Positions 1 to 10,455 are shown, numbered from the stretch's first letter. The stretch is DNA of 64,000 nucleotides from Planctomycetota bacterium (GCA_965223545.1 OZ245006.1:3744001-3808000), one strand, 5' to 3'. Numbers and translations: made by a program. Notes: generated by a model from the letters alone, not told the origin.

Positions 1-94
1 CCCAAGTCTCGAAGTCACCGTTGAGCAGGTTGCCTTGCGCGGTGGTGACCGTCGATAGAGTCGCGATCAAGAGAAGGTGCCGGGAACGAACCAT
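1..94 (-). CDS. 5' end of a secreted protein running off the window (MVRSRHLLLIATLSTVTTAQGNLLNGDFETW...)
   Basis: ATG at 94 preceded by AAGGAG RBS; signal peptide, then an NLLNGDFE motif typical of CBM4/9- or DUF642-like domain starts; not in the ORF track. Confidence 0.75.
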   Translation of the reverse strand, partial: MVRSRHLLLIATLSTVTTAQGNLLNGDFETW

Positions 95-367
95 GCTCCT
101 TCTTCCGTTGGAGGAAGAACGGACCGGAACCAGTTCCTGGGGAATGTTCGGTCTCCCGGTCCCCACGGGTTCTGTCACCGACAACCCAGAATTCGGCACG
201 GCGAAACCTCACTCACCCGCGGTATCTGCCGGGCCCTGGAGCTGTCGACAGACCAATCGGCGGCGCGGGGACGGGATCCAAGGCCAACCGCACTCCCGGA
301 ACACACCTCGTCTCGACCTCGGCACAGACTAGGCTTGGGGCCAGGGCCCCGAGTCCCGAGAAGCGCC

Positions 368-2545
368 ATGAAGTCGAAGCTCACGCTCGTCACACTCGCC
401 ACTCTGTCGGGAACGCCGACGGTCAAAGCACAGGTCGATTGGCACCACGACGGTCTCGGCACGCGCCGCGAGCACGCGATCGCGGCCGCCCCGACGACGT
501 CGCCGGCGACCGTGGTCCTGTTCGGCGGTCGGGACGACGGCGGCGAGCTGTTCGGCGACACGTGGACTTGGCGCGCGAGCGCCTGGCAAGAGGAGCATCC
601 GGCCCGCTCCCCCGCGCCGCGCGCCGGCCACTCCATGGTCTTCGACCCGCGGCGCAACGTCACCGTGCTGCACGGCGGGCACGGCCGCAACGACACCTGG
701 GAGTGGGACGGCAGCCAGTGGCGACAGGCGGTCACCGCCAACACACCGCCGGCGCTGACCGGCCCGGCGATGGCGTACGATCCCGTCGGGCGCGCCGTTC
801 TTCTCTTCGGCGCCGCGCTGGGCGCTCCCTCGGTCGCCGAGCTCTGGCGCTACGACAGCAACGACTGGACCCGCCTGACCCTGCCGGGACCATCGCCGCG
901 CGTCGGCGCGCGGATGGCGACTGACAGCCAGCGCCAGCGCGTGGTCTTGTTCGGCGGCACCGACCTCGGCTCGGGTGCGATCCTGGCGGAGACCTGGGAG
1001 TGGAACGGTTCGAGCTGGCAGCGGCATTCTCCGGCCAATGCGCCGGCCCCGCGGACCGGTCACGTGCTGGCCGACGCGAACGGCTCCGTGATCCTGATCG
1101 GCGGCGGCGGCAGCCCCCTGGAAACCCGGGAGACGTGGTGGTGGGACGGCAGCACCTGGACCCGAGGCGCCGACGGCCCGGGACTCGTCGACACCGCTGC
1201 CGTCGGCGAAGGCCCCAACGGGGTGCTGGTCCACGGCGGCGCGTCGATGGCGTTCACTCCGGCCGGCACCAGCCTCGGCGACACCTGGCACACATCGCCG
1301 GCCGGCTGGTTGCAGGTCCATGCATTCGCCACCCCGGACGGCCTCGGCCGCCACGCGATGGCCTACGACCCCCACCGTGACGTCCTGCTGGTCTGCGGCG
1401 GCCAAGACCAGAGCTCGATCCCCTACTTTCCGACTTGGGAGTGGGATGGCGCGGCTTGGGCCCGCGTCGGTGGCTCACCGCCGCCGTTCCGCATCGATGC
1501 CGCGATGGCCTACGACGCCGCGCGGCGGCGCATGGTCTTGTTCGGCGGCCGGGGCTTCTCGGCCCCGATGGGGGACACCTGGCTCTGGGACGGCATCGCG
1601 TGGATTGCGGTCGCGAGCAGCCCACCGCCGGCGCGCGAGGGAGCCGCCATGGTGTGGGATGCCGCGCGCAAACAGATCGTGATGTTCGGCGGAGTCGGCC
1701 TTGCCGATACGTGGCTGTGGGACGGCACCAGCTGGAACGCAGCGACCCCACCAGTGAGCCCTCCGTCGGGCGCGCACCCGATGCTGTTCGACACCTGGGC
1801 CGGCGTCGGCGTGCTGTTCACCAAGACCGACTGGTGGATCTGGAACGGGGGTTCTTGGAGCCGTGTGCCCGGCCGCGGCCTGCCACCGATCTCCGCCTCG
1901 ACCACTCCGTCCGAGCTGCACGCGGTGCACGACATCGAGCGAGACCGCTACCTGATCTGGGACGAGAGCGACCTGTGGGAGTTCGACGGCAGTTCCTGGG
2001 TCCAGCGCGTGGTTTCCGCCAGCCCACGGGCCACGAGCCAAGCGCGCATCGCCTATGACAGTAAGCGCGCGCGCACGATCAAGTTCGGCGGCAGGGGCAA
2101 CAACGCGTTCAGCAATTCGCTCTGGTCCTACGGACCGGTCGCCCGCGCGGCCCACGTCAAGATCGGCACCGGCTGCGCCGGCAGCGGAGGCACTCCAAAC
2201 CTGACTCCGTCGGGCCTGCCGTGGCTGGGCGACCGGCCGCGGTTGCTGCTGTCCAACATGCCGGCGGGCCCCAACCTGATCGGCTTCGGCATGTCGGCCA
2301 GCCAGTGGGCCGGCCAACCGCTGCCGCGCTCACTCGCGTCGATCGGGCGACCCGCCTGCCAGGTCTGGAGCTCGTGGGATGTGGTGTTTCCGATCGTCGC
2401 GCCAGGCGGCGCGACGGCCATTCCCGTGCCGATCCCCAACCGACCGAGCTTGCTCGGTCAGACCTTCTTCAGCCAAGCAGCCGGCGTCGACAGCGCCGGC
2501 GTCGTGGTCAGCGCCAGCGTGGGCAGCACCGTCGGCGGCAAGTGA
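368..2545 (+). CDS. Secreted kelch/galactose-oxidase-type beta-propeller protein with shared C-terminal domain
   Basis: Repeated AMAYD..R...VLFGG...DTW.WDG..W units; signal peptide from ATG 368; C-terminal GTGC...PWLG...PIPN...LLG...Q domain. Confidence 0.85.
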   Translation: MKSKLTLVTLATLSGTPTVKAQVDWHHDGLGTRREHAIAAAPTTSPATVVLFGGRDDGGELFGDTWTWRASAWQEEHPARSPAPRAGHSMVFDPRRNVTVLHGGHGRNDTWEWDGSQWRQAVTANTPPALTGPAMAYDPVGRAVLLFGAALGAPSVAELWRYDSNDWTRLTLPGPSPRVGARMATDSQRQRVVLFGGTDLGSGAILAETWEWNGSSWQRHSPANAPAPRTGHVLADANGSVILIGGGGSPLETRETWWWDGSTWTRGADGPGLVDTAAVGEGPNGVLVHGGASMAFTPAGTSLGDTWHTSPAGWLQVHAFATPDGLGRHAMAYDPHRDVLLVCGGQDQSSIPYFPTWEWDGAAWARVGGSPPPFRIDAAMAYDAARRRMVLFGGRGFSAPMGDTWLWDGIAWIAVASSPPPAREGAAMVWDAARKQIVMFGGVGLADTWLWDGTSWNAATPPVSPPSGAHPMLFDTWAGVGVLFTKTDWWIWNGGSWSRVPGRGLPPISASTTPSELHAVHDIERDRYLIWDESDLWEFDGSSWVQRVVSASPRATSQARIAYDSKRARTIKFGGRGNNAFSNSLWSYGPVARAAHVKIGTGCAGSGGTPNLTPSGLPWLGDRPRLLLSNMPAGPNLIGFGMSASQWAGQPLPRSLASIGRPACQVWSSWDVVFPIVAPGGATAIPVPIPNRPSLLGQTFFSQAAGVDSAGVVVSASVGSTVGGK

Positions 2546-2573
2546 AGGTCCGCGCGGCGGGGCCGACGCCGCA

Positions 2574-4598
2574 CTACTCGTGCACGAACGGCGCGCGCGA
2601 ACGCGGTCCGTTGCGCAGGAAGTTGTCGACGCCGATGCGCATGTCCTTGGTGGCACACACTTCGCCAAAGCACTGCGCCTCGAACGCGATGCCGTCGCGC
2701 AGCGACTGGCGCGCACCCTCGGTGATCGCCTTGCACAGGATCGCATCCACCGCGCGACTGAGGTGACCGATGTCGACCGCGGGCAGCTCGGCCGGCACGT
2801 CGACGAGCGGCTCGCGCTGGATCGGTGCACACTCCACGGCCCCATCGGCGATGCCGCGCGCGAGCTCGATCGCCGCCGGCACCAGCTCGCCCTCGACCTC
2901 GGCGCGCACCAGACCGAGCTCGGCGGCGCGCGCCGACGAGATCGGCTTGCCGGTCCGCAGCAGCTCGGCAGCGGCCTGCATCCCGATCAGCCGCGGCAGC
3001 CGCTGCGTTCCACCGGCGCCCGGGATGATGCCCAGATTGGGCTCGGGCTGGGCGGCAAACACGGCGATCCCCGCCTTCGCCAGCCGCGCGGTGCAGGCCA
3101 TCGCGAGCTCGTTGCCGCCACCGAACGCGAGGCCGTTCATCGCGCACACCACCGGCTTGGCGGTGTCCTCGATGAAATCGAGCACGCGCTGTGAGCCGCG
3201 CGACGTCGCCTCGCCGTGCGCGGCGTTCTCGATGCCCGCGAGAAAGCGCACGTCGGCGCCCGACACGAACGCCTTCTTGCCGAAGCCGGTCAGCACGACG
3301 GCGCGGATCGCCGCGTCGGCCTCGGTCTCGCGGAAGCGTTGCTCGAGCTCGTCGAACACCGCCTCGCTCAGGGCATTGAGCACCTTGGGCCGGCGGATCG
3401 TGAGCACCGCGACGTCACCGTGATCCTCACGCATCACCACCGGCACGGCGAAGGGGCGGTTGTCCGTGCCGTGCTCGGCGAGGCAGCGCGGCACCGGAAA
3501 GCCCGGATGGTCCGCGGCGTATGCCCGGACCAAGCGCAGGGCCTCGGCCGTGCCCAGTTCGTTCATGAAGCGAAACGCCGGCTTCAGGTCGAGCGCCAAC
3601 TCCGTCGCCATGTCCAGGTCGGCGACGCTGGCGAGCCCCGCGTCGACGATCTCGCCACACAGACCGAAGTAGGCCCCGCGCAGCGCCGCGGTGACCGCTG
3701 CCCGCGTCTCGGCCGACACCTCGACGGTTTCGCCGCGGCGCGGCACGTCCCACGGCTCGCCGGTCTCGACGCGCTCCTTCAGCGACGCCGGGGTGCGGAA
3801 CCACGAGTGGATCTTGGTGGTGTAGTGGTCGAGCCCGACCGCGGTGATCGGGTTGCCGCCGGTGAGGTTCATCGCGGTGAACGAGCCGACCGTCAGCCCG
3901 AGCGCCTCGGTCGCCACCTGGTCGATCTGCGCCGTGGTCGCCACGCCGCTCTCGGCCAACAATGCCGAGGCGAGGAACAGGCCTTCGAACACGGGATCCA
4001 ACGCGTAGCCGTAGCGGGACCGCACCTGGATCGGCACCTTGCCGATCGCCTCGTAGAACGACATCAGCCACCGCGCCACGTCCGGATCGGTGGCCTCGCT
4101 GGGCACGACCTCGACCATCAGATTGCGCTCGGCCGGGAAGAAGTAATGGATCACACAGGTGCGGCCAGCGTGCTTTGCCTCGGCGAAGATGACTTCGGGC
4201 TCGAGGTGCGACGAGTTGCTGGCCAGGATCGCATCGGCAGAGACCAGCTGCTCGACCTGCGCGAAGATCCGCCCCTTGAGCGCGCGATCCTCGGTCGCTG
4301 CCTCGACGACCAAGTCGGCGCCGCGGATCGCGTCGTAGTCGGTGGTGAACTCGACGTGCGACAGCATCGCCGCCTGCTGGTCGGTCGAGAACGCGCCGGT
4401 CTCGACGCCCTTCGCCACCTTCTTCTCGAGCTTGGCCCGCCCGCGCGCCAGCGCCTCGTCAGCGACGTCGACGACGACGGTGGACACGCCGAACGGCGAC
4501 AGCACCTTGGTGAAGTACAGCGCGATATCGGGACCGATCTGTCCCGAGCCGATGACCGCGACCTTGGTCAGCGTGCGCCCGGCGTGAGTGAACGTCAT
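2574..4598 (-). CDS. 3-hydroxyacyl-CoA dehydrogenase / enoyl-CoA hydratase fusion (dehydrogenase N-terminal)
   Basis: VIGSGQIG Rossmann motif, VVEAATE, ASNSS; C-terminal crotonase AFVSGAD, GGGNE, PEPNLGIIPGAGGTQRLPRL; start MTFTHAG at 4598. Confidence 0.9.
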   Translation of the reverse strand: MTFTHAGRTLTKVAVIGSGQIGPDIALYFTKVLSPFGVSTVVVDVADEALARGRAKLEKKVAKGVETGAFSTDQQAAMLSHVEFTTDYDAIRGADLVVEAATEDRALKGRIFAQVEQLVSADAILASNSSHLEPEVIFAEAKHAGRTCVIHYFFPAERNLMVEVVPSEATDPDVARWLMSFYEAIGKVPIQVRSRYGYALDPVFEGLFLASALLAESGVATTAQIDQVATEALGLTVGSFTAMNLTGGNPITAVGLDHYTTKIHSWFRTPASLKERVETGEPWDVPRRGETVEVSAETRAAVTAALRGAYFGLCGEIVDAGLASVADLDMATELALDLKPAFRFMNELGTAEALRLVRAYAADHPGFPVPRCLAEHGTDNRPFAVPVVMREDHGDVAVLTIRRPKVLNALSEAVFDELEQRFRETEADAAIRAVVLTGFGKKAFVSGADVRFLAGIENAAHGEATSRGSQRVLDFIEDTAKPVVCAMNGLAFGGGNELAMACTARLAKAGIAVFAAQPEPNLGIIPGAGGTQRLPRLIGMQAAAELLRTGKPISSARAAELGLVRAEVEGELVPAAIELARGIADGAVECAPIQREPLVDVPAELPAVDIGHLSRAVDAILCKAITEGARQSLRDGIAFEAQCFGEVCATKDMRIGVDNFLRNGPRSRAPFVHE

Positions 4599-4744
4599 TT
4601 GCAGTCCGAGGGGTTCGAAAGTGGGTCGAGAGTGGGAAATTCGCGGCGGAGTATAGGGACGGTCTTGCGGCGACCGGAGGTTTTCTGCCCGGGTCACCAG
4701 TTCTGCGGGAGACTCGCCGGTGGCCGACGAATAGAGGAACAAAG

Positions 4745-5614
4745 ATGCTCGCCCACAGCCTCGCTCTCATGCTCTGTGCCGCATTCACCGGGGCCGCGCC
4801 GGTCTCGGCACAAACCGATGCCAGCGCCCGGCATGAGCCCGCCCGACCGGCGGGTGATCTCATCGGGCTGCGGCGATGGCGCGACCGGGCGGCGCGCGAC
4901 GGCCTCGTCCGGCGGCTACGGGCGCTGCCAGTCCGCGCGGACTTCGACGCGATGGGGCCGATCGAGCTGGCGCGCTTCCTGGGCGCGGCGACGGGCGACA
5001 CGACGTTCGTCGTGAAGGACAAAGCAGAGATCGAGCCGCTGACCCTCGAGGCGGGCAAGATCCCGATGACGGCCCTGATCGACCAGGTCCAGCGCGCCCT
5101 CGAGGTGCGCTTCGTCTACCACAGCCCCGGCGTCGTCGTGCTCTCGCCGCGCGCGAACGCGAGAGAAGCACGGCGCACGGTGATGTACGACGTCCGCGCC
5201 GCGACCACGGTGCTTCCCGACCGCCCGGGGCCGGAGCTGCGGCTGACCCGCCCGGGCGACGAAGACGAGGTCTGGCAAGACGAAGACGCGGAGGGCACCT
5301 CCATCAGCGGGTTCGACACCGACAAGCTGATCGATCTCGTGACGACGTACGTCCTGCCCGACACTTGGGACGTCGACGGCAACTCGATTCAGGCCGTGCG
5401 CGGCGTGCTCTGGGTCCGGCAGACCGAACAGGGACACGCGCAGGTGCGCCGGCTGCTGGAGACCCTGGGCGTGATCCCGCGCCCGATCCGGGTCAACGCG
5501 TCTCGTCTTCCCAGTCCTGCGCTTCGCGCAGCCGGGCGCCGGGCGACCCCATCGACCAAAACTCCTCGCTCCGCCGAGGCTTCCCCAAGACGCGCGCCAG
5601 AGCGCGGAAGCTGA
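4745..5614 (+). CDS. Secreted protein with STN/secretin-N-like domains
   Basis: GAGGA RBS, signal peptide; YDVR...LIDLV...PDTWD...LWVRQT..GH.QV..LL pattern resembling secretin N-type repeats. Confidence 0.65.
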   Translation: MLAHSLALMLCAAFTGAAPVSAQTDASARHEPARPAGDLIGLRRWRDRAARDGLVRRLRALPVRADFDAMGPIELARFLGAATGDTTFVVKDKAEIEPLTLEAGKIPMTALIDQVQRALEVRFVYHSPGVVVLSPRANAREARRTVMYDVRAATTVLPDRPGPELRLTRPGDEDEVWQDEDAEGTSISGFDTDKLIDLVTTYVLPDTWDVDGNSIQAVRGVLWVRQTEQGHAQVRRLLETLGVIPRPIRVNASRLPSPALRAAGRRATPSTKTPRSAEASPRRAPERGS

Positions 5615-6698
5615 ACACGCGCACCTGTGGATCCAGATCTCCCAACAGCTCGAACAACGCTCCCCGACTGCGCCACGTCGCGGTGTCGGCCAAGACGCGC
5701 GCCGCGCGGCGCCGCGGCACGCGCTGCTCTTCTGCATCCATCTCCGCCAAGAACTCGACCAGCACGTTCTCCGCACACGCACTCGCGCGGCGCAGGGCCT
5801 CTTCCGCCATCTCGGCCGCGTCCGGCATCGTCAGCATCTCGACGAGCGGCGCGGTGATCTTGCGCACCGCGTAGGGATCGCGCATCCCGCACAGCAAACC
5901 GAGCTGCCACTCCATCACCGAGAACGTCCAGTAGATCCGCTCGCGATCGCGCAGGATGCCGGACTCGATCGCACACGTGGTCATCGGCGGCAGCCGCCGG
6001 CGCGTGCGGTCCATGCTGATCAACATCGCGGTGCCGTCGATGGTCGTCGCCCGGAACCGCTCGCCTTCGGCCCACAGATCCAGGGTGAATCCCTCTTCGC
6101 CTTCGAGCACTCCTTGAGAATGCACGACGCGACGCGCGAGCGGCTCGGGTGCCGCCCACCACGCGCGGCCGCGATCCAACGAAAGCTCCGCCGGCGACAC
6201 GATCGTCAAACGGGTCCGCTCGCTGATTCGCATGACGCTACCGTCACGGAGCTCGAGCTCGACGAACGCGGCGGCGGCCGTCTCGATCGAAGCGCCGCCG
6301 GCAAACACGCTCCCCGCCTCGAGGCCGCGCCTGCCGGCCTCGGCCGACTCGGCGATCACGTCGCCGACCAGCATCCGCACGCGCCCCAACGGCGGTGCCT
6401 CCGGCGGTGGCGCATCGGGCGGTGGCGCATCGGGCGGGCCATCGGGCGGGCCATCGGGAACGGGGTCCGTCCGGACCGTCTGCACGCCGGGCTCGACCGC
6501 GCCACTTCCCAACCCCGACATCCAGGCCACCGCCAAGCCGATCAACACACCGGCAGCCGCGGCGGCCGGCACCGGCCACCGGCGCACCGGACGGTACGGT
6601 TCCGCCGGCAGCTGCGGCGCCAGCTGGCGCCACACTTCCCGACTGTCCCCGGCCAATGGCCGCAACGCTGCGCGGAGGTCGTCGTCGAAAGAGTTCAC
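5493..6698 (-). CDS. FecR-like anti-sigma factor with TM helix, Pro-rich linker and C-terminal HEAT repeats
   Basis: GTG start overlaps the ECF stop (GTGA at 6698-6695); TM AAAAAGVLIGLAVAW; FecR-like LRDGSVMRISERTRL; HEAT-like LLGDLDPQVR. Confidence 0.75.
   Translation of the reverse strand: MNSFDDDLRAALRPLAGDSREVWRQLAPQLPAEPYRPVRRWPVPAAAAAGVLIGLAVAWMSGLGSGAVEPGVQTVRTDPVPDGPPDGPPDAPPPDAPPPEAPPLGRVRMLVGDVIAESAEAGRRGLEAGSVFAGGASIETAAAAFVELELRDGSVMRISERTRLTIVSPAELSLDRGRAWWAAPEPLARRVVHSQGVLEGEEGFTLDLWAEGERFRATTIDGTAMLISMDRTRRRLPPMTTCAIESGILRDRERIYWTFSVMEWQLGLLCGMRDPYAVRKITAPLVEMLTMPDAAEMAEEALRRASACAENVLVEFLAEMDAEEQRVPRRRAARVLADTATWRSRGALFELLGDLDPQVRVFSFRALARVLGKPRRSEEFWSMGSPGARLREAQDWEDETR
6393..6465 (-). 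repeat. Coding tandem repeats giving PDGPPDGPPDAPPPDAPPPEAPP linker
   Basis: 12-bp and 15-bp duplicated units in the anti-sigma gene. Confidence 0.7.
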
Positions 6699-7270
6699 GA
6701 TCCGTGCTCCGTCCCGACGCCCATGCCCGAGCGCAGCCGACGGCGGGCGCGGCTGAGCCGCTGGTTCACCGCCGCCTCGGTGATGCCGAGGCGCTTCGCC
6801 ATTCCGGCGTAGCTCATCTCCTCGAAGTAGAACAACAACACGGCCTCGCGGAGAGCCTCGGGCAACTTGCCCACCATCGACCGCAGCCGATGGCGGCGCT
6901 CGTCCTCGGGAGTCCCCGCCGGCCCGGCGTCGGCCACCTCCGGCTCGAGCCGGACCTCGTCGAGCGACACCGTGCTCTTGCCACGCTTGCGCAATCGGTC
7001 GACCGCAAGGTTTTGCGCGATGCGGTGCACGTACGGCCCGAACCGGCGTGGGTCCTTGAGCCGGGCGAGACCGTGATAGGCGCGCAACAGCGTTTCCTGA
7101 ACCATGTCGTCGAGGTCGCGGTGCTGTCCAAGACGGGCCAGGATGGTACCGCGCACCGTCTTTGCATAACGGACCACCAGAACGCCAAAGGCGTCCCGGG
7201 ACCCTTGCAGACTCAGCCGGACGAGTTCGGCGTCCGCAGGCTGCGGATCTTGGACGTGCACGCGATCCAA
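6695..7270 (-). CDS. ECF RNA polymerase sigma factor
   Basis: Sigma2 DDMVQETLLRAY and sigma4 LPEALREAVLLFYFEEMSY...RLSRARRRL; exact start uncertain. Confidence 0.9.
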   Translation of the reverse strand: MDRVHVQDPQPADAELVRLSLQGSRDAFGVLVVRYAKTVRGTILARLGQHRDLDDMVQETLLRAYHGLARLKDPRRFGPYVHRIAQNLAVDRLRKRGKSTVSLDEVRLEPEVADAGPAGTPEDERRHRLRSMVGKLPEALREAVLLFYFEEMSYAGMAKRLGITEAAVNQRLSRARRRLRSGMGVGTEHGS

Positions 7271-7343
7271 TGAATCGAAGTGCGGTTCTAGTCGCCCGTG
7301 GGGCCGCGGCTCTCACCCGGATTCGAGAAAATTCCCAACCGCC

Positions 7344-9392
7344 CTACTGCCCGCGGAGTTCGGCCAGGATCCGGTCGCCGCCGTAGACCCCGAGCGCCTG
7401 GACGATCGCATCGACGTGCACGGAGACCGCCCGCGGCACGCTGTCGGTATAGACGAACCGGTTCGGCAGCATCTCGATGTTGCCGTCGAAGACCAGGCCG
7501 ACGACCTCCAGCTGCCGGTTGACGATGCCACTGCCCGAGTTGCCACCGATGATGTCGTTGGTGCTGACGAAGTCGACGGCCGCGCTCATGTCGATCCGCT
7601 CCGCGGCGTCGATCCAGATCTGCGGCAGGCTGAACGGGTACTTGCCGTCGAACTCGGCGTGGCGCGCGTAGAGTCCGTAGAACGACGTGCGGTACGGCGC
7701 GATCGTGCCATTGAACGGAAAGCCGCGGACAACGCCGTCGCTGAAGCGCAGCGAGAAGGTCGCGTCCGGCGAGATCTTGTTGCCGTAGACCGCGAACAGC
7801 GCCCGGCCGACCTGCTCGCCGAGCGCCTCTTCCTGCTCGGCGAGCCAAGACTGCACTCGCTCCACGCCGCGCACCAGCCGATCGAGCACCAAGGCAATGC
7901 GCAGCGCCAGGTCGTCACTCTGCGCCAATGCGACCTCGTCCTGCGCCAACGCCTGGTCGACGAACGCCGCGTCCGCCATCCCGCCGCGTTCCAGCGCCTG
8001 CGCGATGTCCTCGGGTTCGCGCCCGTCGAGCAAGACGGCGCGGTACGGGTCGCTGCGCGGCAACCAGTCGGCGGCCCGCGCCAGGTGATCGATGAACGAA
8101 GCCCGCTCGTAGGCCGACATCTCCACCTGCATCTCGCGGGCGCTCACGGCGTGGGCCTCCCTGCGCGCGGCGGTGGGGGCGCGCACCGCGCGGACAATCT
8201 CGAGCGCGCGCGCCAGATGCTTGGAGCCACCCGGCGTGTGGAACCGCCGCTGCGGCTCGAGCGCGGTCTTCGCCGCGGCCACCTCTTCCAGGCGCTCCCA
8301 GAGCTGTCCGAACCGCTGCCGCAGACCGTCATCGGCGAACACGTGGCGGCGGAACTCGGCCTCGGCTTCGACCTTCGCTTGCATCAAGCGCTCGTCCAGC
8401 AGCCCGCCGTGGTAGCCGGCGTAGGCTTTCTGCGCGTTCTCGTAGTTGAGGATCTGCGGCCGCAGCGCGCGCTCTTGCTCCTCGTCGTCGGAAGCGAGCT
8501 GTCGCATCACTGCCAACCGGTTGTCGATCAGCTGGCGCACCATCGGGTAGGCGGCGTCGGCCAAGAAGTCCATCTGCGCTTTGGTCTTCAGCCGCTCGGT
8601 CGAACCCGGGTTGCCGGTGACGAACACAACCTCGCCCTCGATCGGGCCCGTGCTGCTCCAGCGAAAGTAGTGCGCCGCAGTGTCGGCGGGGGCGCCGTTC
8701 TCATAGGCGCGGCAAAAGGCGAAGTCGATGCTGTAGCGCGGGTAGGTGAAGTTGTCGGGATCGCCGCCGAAGTGCGCGATCTGCAGGTGTGGCGCGCACA
8801 CCAACCGCACGTCGGCGAACACCTTGTAGAGATACAGCTGATAGACCGCGCCCTGGTGCAGCGAGATGATCTCCGGTGTCAACTCGGGCTGCGCCGCCGA
8901 CGCCTCGGCTTCGATGCGCGCCCGGTTCTCCGCGCGCCGCGCGGCGGCATCGGCCGCCGGCATCTCGGACGTGATTCCGGCATTGATCTGGTCGGTGATG
9001 TCGCGCATCGAGACGAGCTGCTGCACGGTCAGGTCGGGGATCGGCACCTCCTCACCGAGGGCGGTGGCGTAGAACCCCGTCTTGACCCAGTCCTCGGCCG
9101 GCGGCGACACGGCGGCGATCTGACCACGCACGCAGTGGTGGTTGGTCATGATCAATCCCTTGGGCGAGACGAACGACGCCGAGCAGCCATCACCGAACCG
9201 CAGCGACGCGAGCCGCAGTGCGTCCAGCCATTCCTGGCTGGGCTTGAAGCCGTACTCCTTCTCCAGGTACGCCAGCGGTGGATTCTCGAAGGTCCACATC
9301 TTGCCCAGCTCGAGCTTGCCCTGGGCCGGCGCCGTGGCCGCGGAAAGGACGAGGACAGCGAGCGCGGAAGAACGAAGAGCGAGTCCTGTCAT
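7344..9392 (-). CDS. S46 family dipeptidyl peptidase (DPP7/DAP BII-like), secreted
   Basis: GKMWTF, CSASFVS..GL.MTNHHC, FGGDPDNF.YPR, NDIIGGNSGS, FDGN. Confidence 0.92.
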   Translation of the reverse strand: MTGLALRSSALAVLVLSAATAPAQGKLELGKMWTFENPPLAYLEKEYGFKPSQEWLDALRLASLRFGDGCSASFVSPKGLIMTNHHCVRGQIAAVSPPAEDWVKTGFYATALGEEVPIPDLTVQQLVSMRDITDQINAGITSEMPAADAAARRAENRARIEAEASAAQPELTPEIISLHQGAVYQLYLYKVFADVRLVCAPHLQIAHFGGDPDNFTYPRYSIDFAFCRAYENGAPADTAAHYFRWSSTGPIEGEVVFVTGNPGSTERLKTKAQMDFLADAAYPMVRQLIDNRLAVMRQLASDDEEQERALRPQILNYENAQKAYAGYHGGLLDERLMQAKVEAEAEFRRHVFADDGLRQRFGQLWERLEEVAAAKTALEPQRRFHTPGGSKHLARALEIVRAVRAPTAARREAHAVSAREMQVEMSAYERASFIDHLARAADWLPRSDPYRAVLLDGREPEDIAQALERGGMADAAFVDQALAQDEVALAQSDDLALRIALVLDRLVRGVERVQSWLAEQEEALGEQVGRALFAVYGNKISPDATFSLRFSDGVVRGFPFNGTIAPYRTSFYGLYARHAEFDGKYPFSLPQIWIDAAERIDMSAAVDFVSTNDIIGGNSGSGIVNRQLEVVGLVFDGNIEMLPNRFVYTDSVPRAVSVHVDAIVQALGVYGGDRILAELRGQ

Positions 9393-9437
9393 GGCTGTTG
9401 GAGGGGCGGGGGACGACCCGGCAACGGGTCGTCGGAT

Positions 9438-10424
9438 TCAGTCGTAGGCGATCGCGCTGTAGCGCATCAGCTTCTCGAGACGGTGGCGGGATTCGATGTA
9501 GCGCACCGTGCCCGAGCGCCCGCGCATCACCAGCGAGTGGGTGATGGCGCCGGACCGCGTGTAGCTGACGCCGCGCAAGAAGGTGCCGCCGGAGATGCCG
9601 GTGGCGGCAAGGAACGTGTCGTCGCTGCCGACCAGGCGGTCCAGGTCGAGGATCTCGTCGACATCGGTCCCCGCTTCGGCGAGCTGCGTCCGCTCGGCGT
9701 CACTCTGTGGATCGAGACGGGCCAGCATCTCGCCGCCGATCGAACGGATCGCCGTCGCCGCCAGCACGCCCTCCGGAGTGCCGCCCGTGCCCATCATCAC
9801 GTCGACTTCGGACGTCGGGTCGACGGCCATCAGCGCACCCGCGACGTCGCCGTCGGTGTGCAGCTGGATGCGCGCGCCGCTCGCGCGGATCCGACCGATC
9901 AGCTCGCGGTGCCGTGGCTTGTCCAAGACGAAGACGACCAGGTCGTCGACGTCCTTGCCCAACGCCTGCGCCACGCTGGCGAGATTGGTCTCCACCGAAG
10001 CATCGAGGTCGACCGTACCGGCGGCGGCCGCCGGCACGACCAGCTTCTGCATGTAGTAGCTGGGCCCAGGATCGTACATCGTGCCCGCCGGCGCGATGCC
10101 GACGACCGCGATGGCGTTCGGCCGGCCCAGCGCCAGCAGATTGGTGCCTTCCACCGGGTCGACGGCGACGTCGACCGCGGGCCCGTCGCCGGTACCGACG
10201 TCCTCGCCGTTGAACAGCATCGGCGCCTCGTCTTTCTCGCCTTCGCCGATGATGACCCGGCCGCGGATCTCAAGGCTGCCGAACATGAAGCGCATCGCCT
10301 CGACCGCGGCCCGATCACCGTCGTTCTTGGCGCCCTTGCCGAGCCATCGCCCGGCACTGAGTGCCGCGGACTCGGTCACGCGAACGAGGTCGAGGGCGAG
10401 ATTGCGGTCTGGGGCAAGGCTCAT
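9438..10424 (-). CDS. glpX: Class II fructose-1,6-bisphosphatase
   Basis: LVRVTESAAL, IGEGEKDEAPML, AVDPVEGT, DGDVAGA, GTGGTPEGVL. Confidence 0.96.
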   Translation of the reverse strand: MSLAPDRNLALDLVRVTESAALSAGRWLGKGAKNDGDRAAVEAMRFMFGSLEIRGRVIIGEGEKDEAPMLFNGEDVGTGDGPAVDVAVDPVEGTNLLALGRPNAIAVVGIAPAGTMYDPGPSYYMQKLVVPAAAAGTVDLDASVETNLASVAQALGKDVDDLVVFVLDKPRHRELIGRIRASGARIQLHTDGDVAGALMAVDPTSEVDVMMGTGGTPEGVLAATAIRSIGGEMLARLDPQSDAERTQLAEAGTDVDEILDLDRLVGSDDTFLAATGISGGTFLRGVSYTRSGAITHSLVMRGRSGTVRYIESRHRLEKLMRYSAIAYD

Positions 10425-10455
10425 GACGGGCTATCGGGGCGGTGGGCGAAGGCCG

